DNA from: Terriglobia bacterium
GTDB lineage: Bacteria > Acidobacteriota > Terriglobia > JAJPHL01 > JAPKYU01
Direction: 5' to 3'
Length of the DNA: 64,000 bases
Assembly: GCA_965223005.1 (NCBI GenBank)
Contig: CBDCVK010000005.1
Location: 32,001 to 96,000 of the forward strand
Shown: positions 8,975 to 19,175 of the stretch, one piece after another
Position numbering within the stretch: position 1 is the stretch's first letter
Layout: each line of letters opens with the position of its first letter
Position numbers and translations under genes: made by a program
Notes under the pieces: model-generated
The model's input: the letters and a program-made list of their open reading frames with translations, nothing else
What the model was told of the DNA's origin: nothing
The model's database searches: none

Positions 8975-9406
8975 GGAGCAGCCGTGAATTTGACCTGCAG
9001 GGGTTGGGCCAGCATTGATAGAAAACGAGCCAGCCGGTAATGCGGTCGCAAAGGCCTCGCAAAGTTCGCCGACATGGCTCCCTCGTTTCTCCAGCTGGCG
9101 AAACCGGGCAGGCTGCTGCCTGGAAAGCTTTGTGAGCTTATCTGCCTTCGGTGTTTCCTGCCCGATACATGTGGAACGGTAGCGAGACACACGCCGCAGC
9201 AGCGCTTCCCTCGCTGCCCCGTCACCCGCCGCCGTTGCAGTTCCCTGTCCACCGCGCCAACTCGATCCGCAATTCAGTCCGCTATCGCCCACAGATCAAC
9301 TTGTCTGCCACCACCTCTTCACCCCGGGACCAAGAAGCCGTGGGTGTCGCGATCGTCGCCCAACCTCTAAGACGCGCCTACCGGCTAGCCTTATGTACCT
9401 TGCAGA

Positions 9407-10316
9407 CTAGCCCCTTTCGATGAGGTAAACTCCAAGAAAAACCACGGCGGCGCCCACCAACAGATGACCCGTTACCGGTTCCTCAAGCAGAACCAACCCC
9501 AGCGGGATGGCAACCACCGGTTGCAGATAGGCCAAGGCCGCCATGCGGGTGGCGGAAATGAAGCGCAGCGCGTAGCAAAAAAAATCAGGTAGGACGCCAC
9601 AGAACCGCAGACAGCCATGTACGCCAGCGCTAGCCACGCCGTGCTGCTAGCCGCTGGGACACCACCGACGATCAGGCTGCCGACTGTGATCGGAAGGAAA
9701 ATCAAGGCCCCCAGTGAATAGATGAAGGTGGTCAGCGAAAGCGCGTCAAAGTGGGGGGTGAGTTCCTTGCCGAGTACGACGTAGCAGGCGAAAGCCAGCC
9801 CAGCGGTTAAGCCTGAATTAACAGGTCACCAAGCAGCGTGGGCCCGCGCCCCGGCGGCTGCTCTCCAGCCAGCACCGCCACCCCGACCATCGAGATGGCC
9901 AGCCCCGCGATCTTCAGCGCAGTGAGCTTCTCCAGCCCGTGGAGGCGGGCAAGGATCAGCACGAACACCGGGGTGAAGCAAATAATCAGCGAGGAATGCG
10001 CGACGCTGGTGTGCTTCAGCCCAGCTATGAAGAATAGCTGGTTAAAGACAATCCCAAACAGAGTCAGCACGCCCAGTAGCTTCCATTCGCGTCGCAGCGC
10101 CTGGAACCCTGCCACTCCTCGCCTGGCGGTAAAATAGGTCACCAGGAAAAAGGCCGCTAGCATGATGCGCAACCCGCCCAGGGTCAGGATGGGAAACTCT
10201 CGCACGGCGAGCTTGCCGATGACGAAGTTGCCCGACCATAGCAGGACCATCAGGCCGAGAAGCAGGTAGAGGCGGAGGCGAGAAATTGGTGGCGGGCGGT
10301 GCTCCGCTTCCAGCAC
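9407..10316 (-). pseudogene. EamA/DMT transporter with two frameshifts (~9812 and the T8 run at ~9577-9584)
   Basis: LWSGNFV..K, GLKHTS..HSSLI...TPV in one frame; LAFACYVVLGKEL in a second; YALRFISATR..YLQPV..LLEE in a third. Confidence 0.8.
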
Positions 10317-10360
10317 CGCCGGCCGCACTTCCTCCGGCGCGGGGAGAATCCCGTGGTGCT

Positions 10361-11467
10361 TCAGTGCAGTTCCTCTTTCCTGGCAGTGAGCGCTTCGATG
10401 TAGTCCCAATCCAACTCGAAGCCCAGCCCGGCAGCCTCGCTCGCCAGGATGGTCCCGCGCGGGGTCACCTCCACGGGCGGGACGATGATGTCGCGCGCCC
10501 AATAGCGCTGGCTGGCCGAGACATCGCCAGGCAGAACGAAGTTCTCCATGGTGGAAAGGGCGATGTTGTGCGCACGGCCGATGCCCGACTCCAGCATGCC
10601 CCCGCACCAGACCGGCACGCCGGCCGCCTGCGCTGCGTCGTGAATGCGGCGCGCCTCGGCAAAGCCGCCAACCCGCCCCAGCTTGATGTTCACGATACGC
10701 GCCGCGCCCAGCTCGATGGCCTGCTCTGCCAGCCTGAGGTTCCGGATGGACTCGTCCAGGCAGATCGGCGTCTGCAAACGCTGTTGCAGGCGGGCGTGGT
10801 CCAGAAGGTCGTAGTAGGCCAGAGGCTGCTCGACCATCATCAGATAGTAATCGTCCAGCCGCTTTAGATGGTCGGCGTCGGCCAGCGTATACGCCGAATT
10901 GGCATCCACCATCAAGCGAATGGCAGGAAACCGCTCTCGTACCTGAGCCACCACATCCACGTCCCATCCCGGCTTGATCTTGATTTTGATGCGCTGGTAG
11001 CCGGCATCCAGTTCGCGCTGGATGAGCTCCAGCAACTCCTCCACTGTATTCTGAATGCCGATGGAGACCCCGCACGGAATCTCCTGTCGCCGGCCGCCGA
11101 TGTGCTGCCACAAGGGCCGGCCGTTCAGGCGCGCCTCCAGCTCCCAAGCGGCCGCTTCCACTCCTGCTTTGGCCATGTTATGGCCGCGGATGTGTCCAAG
11201 CAAACTGCTGATCTCCCCGGCGCACCCCAGCGAGCGGCCGAGCAGGCACGGCGCAACGTAGTCGCGCAGGATGTGCCAGGCGGTCTCGGTGGTCTCCTCG
11301 TTGTACAGCGGATGCCTCGGCGCCGTCACCTCGCCCCAGCCCGAACCGCCTGCGGCCTGCACCTCGACCAGCACAATCCGCCGATCCGTGGTGCGCCCAA
11401 AGCTGGTTTCAAAGAAGGAAACCAGCGGCATGCGGATTTCGCGAAGCACAATTCCTTCAAGTTTCAT
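10361..11467 (-). CDS. menC: o-succinylbenzoate synthase / N-succinylamino acid racemase (NSAR/OSBS, enolase superfamily)
   Basis: FETSFG, IKIKIKP, VDANSAY, EQP, LDES, NIK.GRVGG, WCGGMLESGIGRA, PGDVSAS. Confidence 0.92.
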   Translation of the reverse strand: MKLEGIVLREIRMPLVSFFETSFGRTTDRRIVLVEVQAAGGSGWGEVTAPRHPLYNEETTETAWHILRDYVAPCLLGRSLGCAGEISSLLGHIRGHNMAKAGVEAAAWELEARLNGRPLWQHIGGRRQEIPCGVSIGIQNTVEELLELIQRELDAGYQRIKIKIKPGWDVDVVAQVRERFPAIRLMVDANSAYTLADADHLKRLDDYYLMMVEQPLAYYDLLDHARLQQRLQTPICLDESIRNLRLAEQAIELGAARIVNIKLGRVGGFAEARRIHDAAQAAGVPVWCGGMLESGIGRAHNIALSTMENFVLPGDVSASQRYWARDIIVPPVEVTPRGTILASEAAGLGFELDWDYIEALTARKEELH

Positions 11468-11530
11468 GGCGAGGGTTTCTGCGCTGCTTGGAGATGTCCC
11501 AGTGGCTGTCCGCAAGATTGGAGATCGTGT

Positions 11531-14500
11531 TCAAAATCCGCTTTGCGCAAACTGGCCGGGGTGGAATCGCCACAAGTATTCGACTTGTTCCTCTTTTGTC
11601 AACTCTCCCCAAATGGATCCAGCCATGCAGGAGGCTGCCCAGGGAAAATTTATATTGGACGTATTGACCTCACCGGTTTCTGGATTCCAGTGTTCCACTG
11701 CTCTCCCGTCTTGTAGCGTTCCAACGGTACGTTGCACAATGTACAGATAGGGCATTTGATAACCGTAGGAGTAAAATCCATCCATCACAGGTCTTGTTGA
11801 CGCCATCCATGCTGGTCCGAGCCAATATCTGTCCGGATCGTAGACCCGATTTGAAACATACTGACCGTCAGCGTTCTGTATCATCATGGGCTGGGTGGGA
11901 ATGGGAATCCCATTCACTGGCCACCACATCCACGGGTTAACCAATTGCAATGCTAGCTGAGAGGCTCTTTCTGCGCTGGGAATATGGCCGAACATCGGGA
12001 AGAAGCCAGCAATGGCGGGCGAACGAAGCACGTCACCCTCTTCAATCCTGCGGGCGCCTTTTGCCATAAGCCCTACCGCCCGCTCATTTAGCTCGCAGTG
12101 CCTAGCGCCTTCTTGATCCTCCAGACACGTCCAGTAGTCCCCCTCCGGTTCATACCAGAGGTGTCCCGCTTCGTCCTTGTTGGGGCGGCTAAATTGTTCG
12201 ACTATGAAAGGATCTCCTGCTCGCACATTCAACCGATAACGCCCATTGCCGTGCTTGCCCGCGACCCATGTCCAATACTGCGGAGTAAATTTGTATTCGT
12301 ACCGGATCGTCCCATTCGAATCGAGGCCAACCGAAACTAGCCGCTCGTCAAGGTCCACAGACTCGCGGGCCTCTTGGGTTAGCACGCAATGTCCCCTTCC
12401 CTGTTTGGCCACTTCACAATTCCAATATTTCATTCTAGGTTCGCAAAGAATTTGACCTTGCTTCCTGACACCAGGTCGGCAGAACTGCTGTTCCACTACG
12501 CTTCGAAACATTCGCGTTACATCACGGTTGTAGTACGTCTTATCCTGCGGCTCCCAGAGGTGCTCGTTCATTGCCTTCTTCATCCGATCCAGATAGACCT
12601 GGTAGCGGACAATTTCTTCATTCCAGGAGCCCACAATTTCCCTCTTGCGCCCTCTCATCGCGCTTACGCGGAGCACGTTCGTATCCGTGCTTCTCAGTAC
12701 CTTTGCCATGGCGATTTGTGCTTCCAGACTGCGCGCCATCACCGCCGTGAGTGCAACATCCTTGGCGTTGTAGGGGCTTGCGTTGTAAACGGCCACCGGT
12801 TCCAGCTCCAGTTCCTTGATAATGCTGTAGAACACGATCTTCGACGCGTAGTAGTACTCACTGGGTCGGCCTCTCGCGAGTTTCGGATCCACGGGGTTCC
12901 CAGGCTTCTTATCAACACGATTGTCCACTCTATTCTTTTCCACCATCTCCATCGCCCAGTCAGGAATCAGGCGGTCAGGAAGATGCCTCATCATCACCAT
13001 GAGATGGTACCAAGCGTTGTCCATGCCGTTCACCCAGGCGTCTCGTCCGGAAAGAACCCCTTCGCCATAGGGATCTAATCCCGTGCGAATTGCCTCCGTA
13101 TTTGCCCGGACATAAGGGTAAACCTCCTTGAGGAAGGCCACACCGTCCTGCTCATGAATCTTCGTCAACTCCTCATACACACGCCAGACTGTCCAGCCAA
13201 AAAACGGCAGTTGCATGATCTCGCTAGTCCGATTGCGTTCTTTTTCCGAATCTATCTTTCCGGTCGGTCGAAATCGGAAATCGGGAAAGTAGTAATAAAT
13301 TTTGTTCCTGAATTTGGGCAATCTCCCCGTTTGCCTGTCCCCGAAAATGATCTGAGACAGCCACCCGTAGAGGCCGAGGCTTTTTGCTTCCTCACTCCTC
13401 CACATGCCGTGATAAATGATAAACCGCACTGCCTGAGCTGCCTCATATGGATCCACATTGGCAAGAAGCAAGGCGATATTAACCTCGTTGTCATGTTTCC
13501 ATTGATAGGGGTACGTCTCGCCGGCCACAATCATGGGAAAGTCTTCAACGAAACGATATGCCCGGTGACCTTGATTGCCTTTGAAAAGAAAGACTCCCCG
13601 GACAAAGGGAAACCGGTAAGGTTGGCCGCGACCGGCTAGTATGGTTCGTACCAGCCTTAAAACCATCTTTCTCGGGGCGTCAAGCTCCATCTTGATGCGC
13701 TGACAGGGGGCGTTACCGAGCGACTCGAGAAGTTCCTTTTTCTTACGGATGGACGTTTTTGTAGCTTTGGTTTGAGCGCTATCTTCGTTAGAAAGGATGT
13801 CCCCATAGATTCGATTCAATCGTTTTAAATCGCCAGCAAGGTCACGATCCAGGATAGCATATGCAATGAGCGGCTGCGTCTCAGCCGATTCACACGCAAC
13901 ACCCAGCGTTTGGATAATTTCAGCTGCTTCGGCGGCTGATTTATTGTTCAACTCGGCAAGGTCAGTGACAACGACAAATGGGCGCTTTCGCTGCTCGAGG
14001 GTCCTCTCCGCGTTGCGCATCATGGCGAACATTTCCGGTTTACTAAATGGTAGGCGGCGACCTGCTCTTCCCGCCGGTTGTGAGAGCAGTTGCGAAATGA
14101 CGGCACGCCACTTGGTCGCGGCGCTATCGTCGATGTCCGTTAAGGCTGCACGGCGCTTTTCTTCAAGAGCACGGAGCAAATCCCGATCCTGCGGCGTCTG
14201 CGGTCCAAAGCCGTCCTTGGCCACGACAGTATCCCGGAGGGTGGCAAACTCCTCTTCCTCGCAGTGTCGAAGGGCATACTCCAGTTCGTGGGGAGCCACG
14301 CTTGCCTTGACCAACTCAACTCTGCCTGCTCGGCCAGTGGTCGTCTCGCTAAAGTTCCGGACAAACTCGTAGTAGCTTTCCCTCCGGCGCATCCTGTTAA
14401 TCTGTGCTAGGACCTCCAGTTCAATATCGTTTCGGTTGTCGGGGTCAATTCCATAACGTTGTAGGAATGCTTCAAAACCGGTCTCACCTACCTGCGCTCG

Positions 14501-14833
14501 GACAAAAGTGTAGAGTGGTTCGGGTTTCAGTTCTTCTTTCTCAACCATCCCGCGAAGAAAAGTTCCCCGTTTTTGTGGTTGGTTTCTAAGGGCGATTTCC
14601 CGTTCATGCGCGCTGAGCCGTCTTAGTTGTTCCGCTTCCCGCAAAAGGACATAAACCTCTTTCAAGAATTGGGGATACTGATCAGGGAAAATGTTGTCAT
14701 CGAGAGGGCGGATTTGTGCTTGAGTGGAATTGGCCGCGGACGCGCCCGGTGTTAAGTATGCGGTGAGGTGAGCTAGGCAGGCGACCCGGATAAGAACCAG
14801 GATAAGAAAGAGAGCCGACCGAGATGCCCTCAT
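11531..14833 (-). CDS. Large secreted GH63/MGH1-like (alpha/alpha)6 glycoside hydrolase with N-terminal extension and internal repeats
   Basis: Signal peptide; YPYQWKHD, GMDN, YWLGPAW, EHWNPETG..NFPWAAS motifs; visibly lower GC than neighbours. Confidence 0.72.
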   Translation of the reverse strand: MRASRSALFLILVLIRVACLAHLTAYLTPGASAANSTQAQIRPLDDNIFPDQYPQFLKEVYVLLREAEQLRRLSAHEREIALRNQPQKRGTFLRGMVEKEELKPEPLYTFVRAQVGETGFEAFLQRYGIDPDNRNDIELEVLAQINRMRRRESYYEFVRNFSETTTGRAGRVELVKASVAPHELEYALRHCEEEEFATLRDTVVAKDGFGPQTPQDRDLLRALEEKRRAALTDIDDSAATKWRAVISQLLSQPAGRAGRRLPFSKPEMFAMMRNAERTLEQRKRPFVVVTDLAELNNKSAAEAAEIIQTLGVACESAETQPLIAYAILDRDLAGDLKRLNRIYGDILSNEDSAQTKATKTSIRKKKELLESLGNAPCQRIKMELDAPRKMVLRLVRTILAGRGQPYRFPFVRGVFLFKGNQGHRAYRFVEDFPMIVAGETYPYQWKHDNEVNIALLLANVDPYEAAQAVRFIIYHGMWRSEEAKSLGLYGWLSQIIFGDRQTGRLPKFRNKIYYYFPDFRFRPTGKIDSEKERNRTSEIMQLPFFGWTVWRVYEELTKIHEQDGVAFLKEVYPYVRANTEAIRTGLDPYGEGVLSGRDAWVNGMDNAWYHLMVMMRHLPDRLIPDWAMEMVEKNRVDNRVDKKPGNPVDPKLARGRPSEYYYASKIVFYSIIKELELEPVAVYNASPYNAKDVALTAVMARSLEAQIAMAKVLRSTDTNVLRVSAMRGRKREIVGSWNEEIVRYQVYLDRMKKAMNEHLWEPQDKTYYNRDVTRMFRSVVEQQFCRPGVRKQGQILCEPRMKYWNCEVAKQGRGHCVLTQEARESVDLDERLVSVGLDSNGTIRYEYKFTPQYWTWVAGKHGNGRYRLNVRAGDPFIVEQFSRPNKDEAGHLWYEPEGDYWTCLEDQEGARHCELNERAVGLMAKGARRIEEGDVLRSPAIAGFFPMFGHIPSAERASQLALQLVNPWMWWPVNGIPIPTQPMMIQNADGQYVSNRVYDPDRYWLGPAWMASTRPVMDGFYSYGYQMPYLYIVQRTVGTLQDGRAVEHWNPETGEVNTSNINFPWAASCMAGSIWGELTKEEQVEYLWRFHPGQFAQSGF

Positions 14834-14910
14834 GATGTTGCCTCCGATTCATATGTTCCGCACCCTGCCTTCTAATCTTAAGAGCTCTGCCAGCCAGACG
14901 AGCTTTGCCG

Positions 14911-15651
14911 CTACAACGAAACTGTTTCCCCTTTTTGCAACAAATACGCGCCCTTCCGGTCAAAGCCGGTCACGATCCATCCTTCGGCGAAGGCCTTTTC
15001 GAACTCGCACCGGACGCGCTGTTGAATTTCAAGCGCCCGCTCCCGGTCCGCACGCTTGATCTCCCCAATCTCTGGCGGTACATGCAGGCGAAGCACCGGG
15101 TCGCAACTGCCCGACCCGCCCCCGAGCACCCGGGCCACGCGGGGCGTATCTACCCACCACTCGGCTACCAGCCGGTCGGTCGGCAAGCCTGCCTGAAGCG
15201 CCGAGGAGCTCGCGCCATACAGGTTGGGAACGTAGCGACTCACCACCACTCCCAGGCGCTCCAGATTGATGAAGGCGTTTTTCAGCTCCAGCGGATCGAA
15301 GGTCCACTCCACCGAGCGAATGCCGCGTGCCAACGCGTCGTCGCGTTGCATCAGCTTGAGTCGGCGGCCCACCCCCCGGTTCTGGTACTCGGGCAAAACG
15401 CCCAGCATGTGGGAATGTAAATAGGATTGACCCCTGCGGATCCCCGGCAGCGCCACCAAGAAGCCCACCATCCGCGCGCCTGGCGCAAACGCCCCGAAGA
15501 CCTGGCCGCCGATTTTCCGCGCCACCACGAACAGGCGGGCCGGAACCACCTCCGGGTCGGCATAGCCCCACACGGCTTTCTGCACCTGCACACACTGGTG
15601 AAAGTCGTCCTCGCTGGTGCAGGCGCGACAGGTGAGTTCCCCCTGGCTCAC
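14911..15651 (-). CDS. GNAT N-acyltransferase (D-amino-acid N-succinyltransferase type)
   Basis: YLHSHMLGV, GVGRRLK, WTFDPL..KNA..N, GLPTDRLVAEWW; GTG start overlaps the mazG stop. Confidence 0.88.
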   Translation of the reverse strand: MSQGELTCRACTSEDDFHQCVQVQKAVWGYADPEVVPARLFVVARKIGGQVFGAFAPGARMVGFLVALPGIRRGQSYLHSHMLGVLPEYQNRGVGRRLKLMQRDDALARGIRSVEWTFDPLELKNAFINLERLGVVVSRYVPNLYGASSSALQAGLPTDRLVAEWWVDTPRVARVLGGGSGSCDPVLRLHVPPEIGEIKRADRERALEIQQRVRCEFEKAFAEGWIVTGFDRKGAYLLQKGETVSL

Positions 15652-16475
15652 CGCAGCGCCTCGCTCTTGGAGCGCTGCCACAACTCGTCCATCTCCTCAA
15701 GCGTGGACTCAGCCGGCTTCTTGCCCCCCTCGGCCAGGCGCGCCTCCAGCCAACCAAAGCGCCGGCGGAACTTCTCATTGGCGCGGCGCAAGGCGGTTTC
15801 CGGTTCCAGCCCCAGGAAGCGGGCCACGTTAACGGCCACGAACAACAGGTCCCCCACCTCTTCCTGGCAGTTCTGGCGCCGGTGCTCGGGCTCGGGCTCG
15901 GCCTCGGCCAGCGCCTGGCGCAGTTCGCCTAGCTCTTCGCTGACCTTCTCCAGCAGCTCTTCGATACGCCGCCAGTCGAAGCCCACAGACGACGCGCGGG
16001 AGTTAAGCTGGTAGGCTTCCAGGAGCGCCGGCATCGCGCGCGCCACCCCGTCCAGCAGCGTCGCGCCCGTCGGCGCTTCGCCGTGTCGTTCAGCATGTTC
16101 CCGCTGCTCCTCGGCCTTGAGTTCCTCCCAGCGGCGAAGCACCTCGCCAGGGGTCCGGGCCTCGGCGCCACCAAATACGTGTGGGTGCCGGCGCACCATC
16201 TTGGTGTGAATGCGCTGGACCACGTCATCCATCGTGAAGCGACCCTGCTCGGCCGCCATCTGGGAAAAGAAGACTACCTGCAGCAGCAGGTCGCCTAGCT
16301 CGCCTGCGAGTTCCTCAAAGTCGCGCCGGTCAATGGCGTCCACCACTTCGTAGGTCTCTTCCAGCAGGTAGGGTTTGATGGAATCAAAGGTTTGGGCGCG
16401 GTCCCAGGGACACCCGTCGGGCGCCCGCAGCCGCGCCATCAGCGTCACCAATTCGGCAAATCGCTCACCCGGCAT
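15648..16475 (-). CDS. mazG: Nucleoside triphosphate pyrophosphohydrolase
   Basis: LRAPDGCPWDRAQT, LEETYEV, ELGDLLLQV, RRHPHVF, EEVGDLLF, ANEKF.RRF. Confidence 0.96.
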   Translation of the reverse strand: MPGERFAELVTLMARLRAPDGCPWDRAQTFDSIKPYLLEETYEVVDAIDRRDFEELAGELGDLLLQVVFFSQMAAEQGRFTMDDVVQRIHTKMVRRHPHVFGGAEARTPGEVLRRWEELKAEEQREHAERHGEAPTGATLLDGVARAMPALLEAYQLNSRASSVGFDWRRIEELLEKVSEELGELRQALAEAEPEPEHRRQNCQEEVGDLLFVAVNVARFLGLEPETALRRANEKFRRRFGWLEARLAEGGKKPAESTLEEMDELWQRSKSEALR

Positions 16476-16641
16476 ACGTTGTGAAGACAAGCGAACAAGA
16501 CTAACAGAGGGTCGCGCCCAGGACAACGTAGTCGGCCGCACAAGCGGTCGCCGGCTCCCACAGCCCGGCGACGCAGCTGTGCTAGACTTAGAATCTAACT
16601 GGGAATTTAACTGAGAATTCACTGGAAGCGTGCAGGGGCCG

Positions 16642-17172
16642 ATGGACGAGGAGAAAGAGCCGGAATTTCAGGTCACTGACCGGCGTAGGCTGACGTCGGA
16701 AGGAGACCCGCGCGAAGGGGCCCAGTATACTCCTCGTCCGGAGCCTACGCCTCCACTGCCGCTCTCGCGCCCGGCGGCGCAGCCAGCCGGGCCCACACCC
16801 TCAGCACCCACACTCTTAGAACCAGTACCTTCTGCACCGGCACCCTCGGCCCCAGCACCTTCAGTCGAAGCCGAGCAGGCTGCACAGAAATACGCAGCCG
16901 TCGGAACTGGCATTGGTCCCTCCTTTGACAAGATTGTGGTCTTCTTCACTCAGACGGCCATGCTGCAACTGGGCCTGCTGACCACCGACCCGAGCCAGCC
17001 GCTCGAGCCGGACCTGTTCGGGGCCCGCGACACGATTGACATGCTGGCCCTGCTCGCGGATAAGACCCGTGGCAACTTGACGCCAGGCGAGCAGCGCCTG
17101 TTGGATAGCAGCATCTACGAGCTGCGCATGGCCTGGATGGAACTCAACCGTAAGTACTCGAAAGCGCCGTGA
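16642..17172 (+). CDS. DUF1844 domain protein
   Basis: FQVTDRRR N-terminus, Pro-rich linker, AMLQLG...ARDTIDMLALLADKTRGNLT.GE..LL...YELRM. Confidence 0.85.
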   Translation: MDEEKEPEFQVTDRRRLTSEGDPREGAQYTPRPEPTPPLPLSRPAAQPAGPTPSAPTLLEPVPSAPAPSAPAPSVEAEQAAQKYAAVGTGIGPSFDKIVVFFTQTAMLQLGLLTTDPSQPLEPDLFGARDTIDMLALLADKTRGNLTPGEQRLLDSSIYELRMAWMELNRKYSKAP

Positions 17173-17939
17173 CCGGGCTACTGACAGTGCTAGGCTCGGG
17201 AACCTCACTGGGGGTGCCCACCATTGGCTGCCGCTGCCGCGTCTGCCTTTCCCAGGATCCGCGGGACAAACGCACCCGTCCGTCGCTCCTGGTGCAATAC
17301 GGGGGGCGCAACGTGGTCATTGACACCACCCCCGACTTCCGCTGCCAGGCCCTGCGCGCCGGTCTGTCGCGGCTGGATGCCGTGCTGTTCACGCATCCCC
17401 ACGCGGACCACATCTTGGGGCTGGACGACGTCCGACCCTTCAACTTCCACCAGAAGAGTGCGGTCCCCATTTACGGCAGCCGCAAAACGATTGAGTCCAT
17501 CCGCCGGACTTTCCACTACATCTTTGGCGGCAACGCGCCCTTTGGGGGAGTGCCGGAGGTGGCGGCCCACGTGCTGGACGGACCGTTGGAGCTGTTCGGC
17601 GCGAGCTTCATCCCCGTCCCGTTGCTGCACGGGTTCATGGAGGTGCTGGGCTTTCGTTTTGGCAGCGCCGCCTACCTGACCGACTACGGCCAGATTCCGG
17701 AGGGCTCCTACGGGCTGCTGGAAAACCTGGACGTGGTTTTTCTGGACGCGCTGCGCCACGCTCCGCACCCCACGCACTGCACCGTCGAGCAGGCGCTGGA
17801 GCACGTCGCCCGCCTCGCGCCGCGGCGCGCTTTCCTCACCCACATCGCCCACGACCTCGCTCACCAGGAAACCAACGCCAGCCTGCCGGAGCACGTCCAG
17901 CTCTGCTACGACGGCCTGCAGGTGGAGGTCGATCTGTGA
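17169..17939 (+). CDS. MBL-fold metallohydrolase (PhnP-like)
   Basis: LGSGTS.GVP.IGCRCRVC, IDTTPDFR, THPHADHILGLDD, THIAH. Confidence 0.92.
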   Translation: MTGLLTVLGSGTSLGVPTIGCRCRVCLSQDPRDKRTRPSLLVQYGGRNVVIDTTPDFRCQALRAGLSRLDAVLFTHPHADHILGLDDVRPFNFHQKSAVPIYGSRKTIESIRRTFHYIFGGNAPFGGVPEVAAHVLDGPLELFGASFIPVPLLHGFMEVLGFRFGSAAYLTDYGQIPEGSYGLLENLDVVFLDALRHAPHPTHCTVEQALEHVARLAPRRAFLTHIAHDLAHQETNASLPEHVQLCYDGLQVEVDL

Positions 17940-18886
17940 GGGTGTGGCGCAGCCTGTCGGAGTTTCCCAGGGGACTGCCCTACCCCATTTTCACCATCGG
18001 CAACTTCGACGGAGTTCATCTGGGCCACCGGCGCATCCTGGAAATCGTCTGCCGTCGAGCCACCGAGGCCGGCGGCACGCCGCTTCTGCTCACCTTTGAT
18101 CCGCACCCGACCCGGATTGTGGCTCCCGAGCGCGTGCCTCACCTGGTCACCCCGCTGCCCATGAAGCTCGCCCTGCTGGAGCAAGCGGGCCTGGCCGGCG
18201 TGCTGGTGCTGCCCTTCACTCGGGAGCTGTCGCAACTGACCCCGGAACAGTTTGCGCGCCAAATTCTGACGGAGCGTCTGGCCACGCGGGAAATCATTGT
18301 CGGCGGAAATTTCCGCTTTGGGCACCGGCAGGCCGGTGACGTGCACGCGCTGGTGGACCTGGGCCGGCGGTCCGAATTTGCGGTGAAGATGGTACCGGCC
18401 GTGCGTCTGCGTGGCCAGGCGGTCAGCAGTACGCGCCTCCGCCAGCTCATTGCGGAAGGGCAACTGGGTTTGGCCAACCGCCTTCTGGGACGTTGCTTCT
18501 CGGTTCAAGGCCGGATCGTGCCGGGGCGCGGCATTGGGCGAACGGAGGTCGTCCCCACGCTGAACCTGGAGCCCTATGCCCATCTGCTGCCGGCCTGCGG
18601 CATCTACGTCACCGAAACCATCTGCGACGGGCAGCGCGCCACTTCGGTGACCAACGTCGGCTACAGCCCCACCTTCGACGTAAACCAATTGCGCGTGGAA
18701 TGCTTTCTTCTGGAAGCGCCACCGCCGCCCGGAGCCAGCCAGATGGAAGTGGTGTTCTGGCACCGGCTCCGCGATGAGCTGAAGTTCTCCTCCGCCGAAG
18801 AGCTCAAGGCCCAGATCGCCCGGGACATCGAAGCCGCACGCGCCTTTTTCCGCCGCCTACGCAAACCCCAAACCGCCCCCCGGTGA
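17936..18886 (+). CDS. ribF: Bifunctional riboflavin kinase/FAD synthetase
   Basis: IGNFDGVHLGH, TFDPHP, FRFG, VSSTRLR, PTLN, NVGYSPTF, LRDE.KF. Confidence 0.95.
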   Translation: MRVWRSLSEFPRGLPYPIFTIGNFDGVHLGHRRILEIVCRRATEAGGTPLLLTFDPHPTRIVAPERVPHLVTPLPMKLALLEQAGLAGVLVLPFTRELSQLTPEQFARQILTERLATREIIVGGNFRFGHRQAGDVHALVDLGRRSEFAVKMVPAVRLRGQAVSSTRLRQLIAEGQLGLANRLLGRCFSVQGRIVPGRGIGRTEVVPTLNLEPYAHLLPACGIYVTETICDGQRATSVTNVGYSPTFDVNQLRVECFLLEAPPPPGASQMEVVFWHRLRDELKFSSAEELKAQIARDIEAARAFFRRLRKPQTAPR

Positions 18887-19175
18887 ACTTCGAAGGATGG
18901 CCCTTTCGGCTCGCTTGCAGTCCGGTTGAGGAAGCCGTGTTTTCTGCCTGCCACAATGCATGGCCTGCCAACCGCGAACTGAGGCGAGCAGTTCCGGAAC
19001 TCCCAACGCTGGTTCGCCAGCGCCGCTTCGCCGACCTGGTTGATTCACAGGTGAATCCACGTTAATCGAGGTGGCACGCCGCCTGCTGCTGTTACGACGC
19101 AGCGTGGTAGCATCACTCATCGATCTTGCTTGTAGTCGATTCTGCTTTGGCCGATTCTGCATGTGAGGAGCGTGC

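Noticed and set aside
9807-11147. 446-aa ORF as a single gene
   Set aside because: The first ~275 aa are an off-frame overlap of menC; only the 3' part is the EamA N-half
18887-19175. Possible riboswitch upstream of the SSS transporter
   Set aside because: No FMN, TPP, SAM, glycine or cobalamin consensus seen
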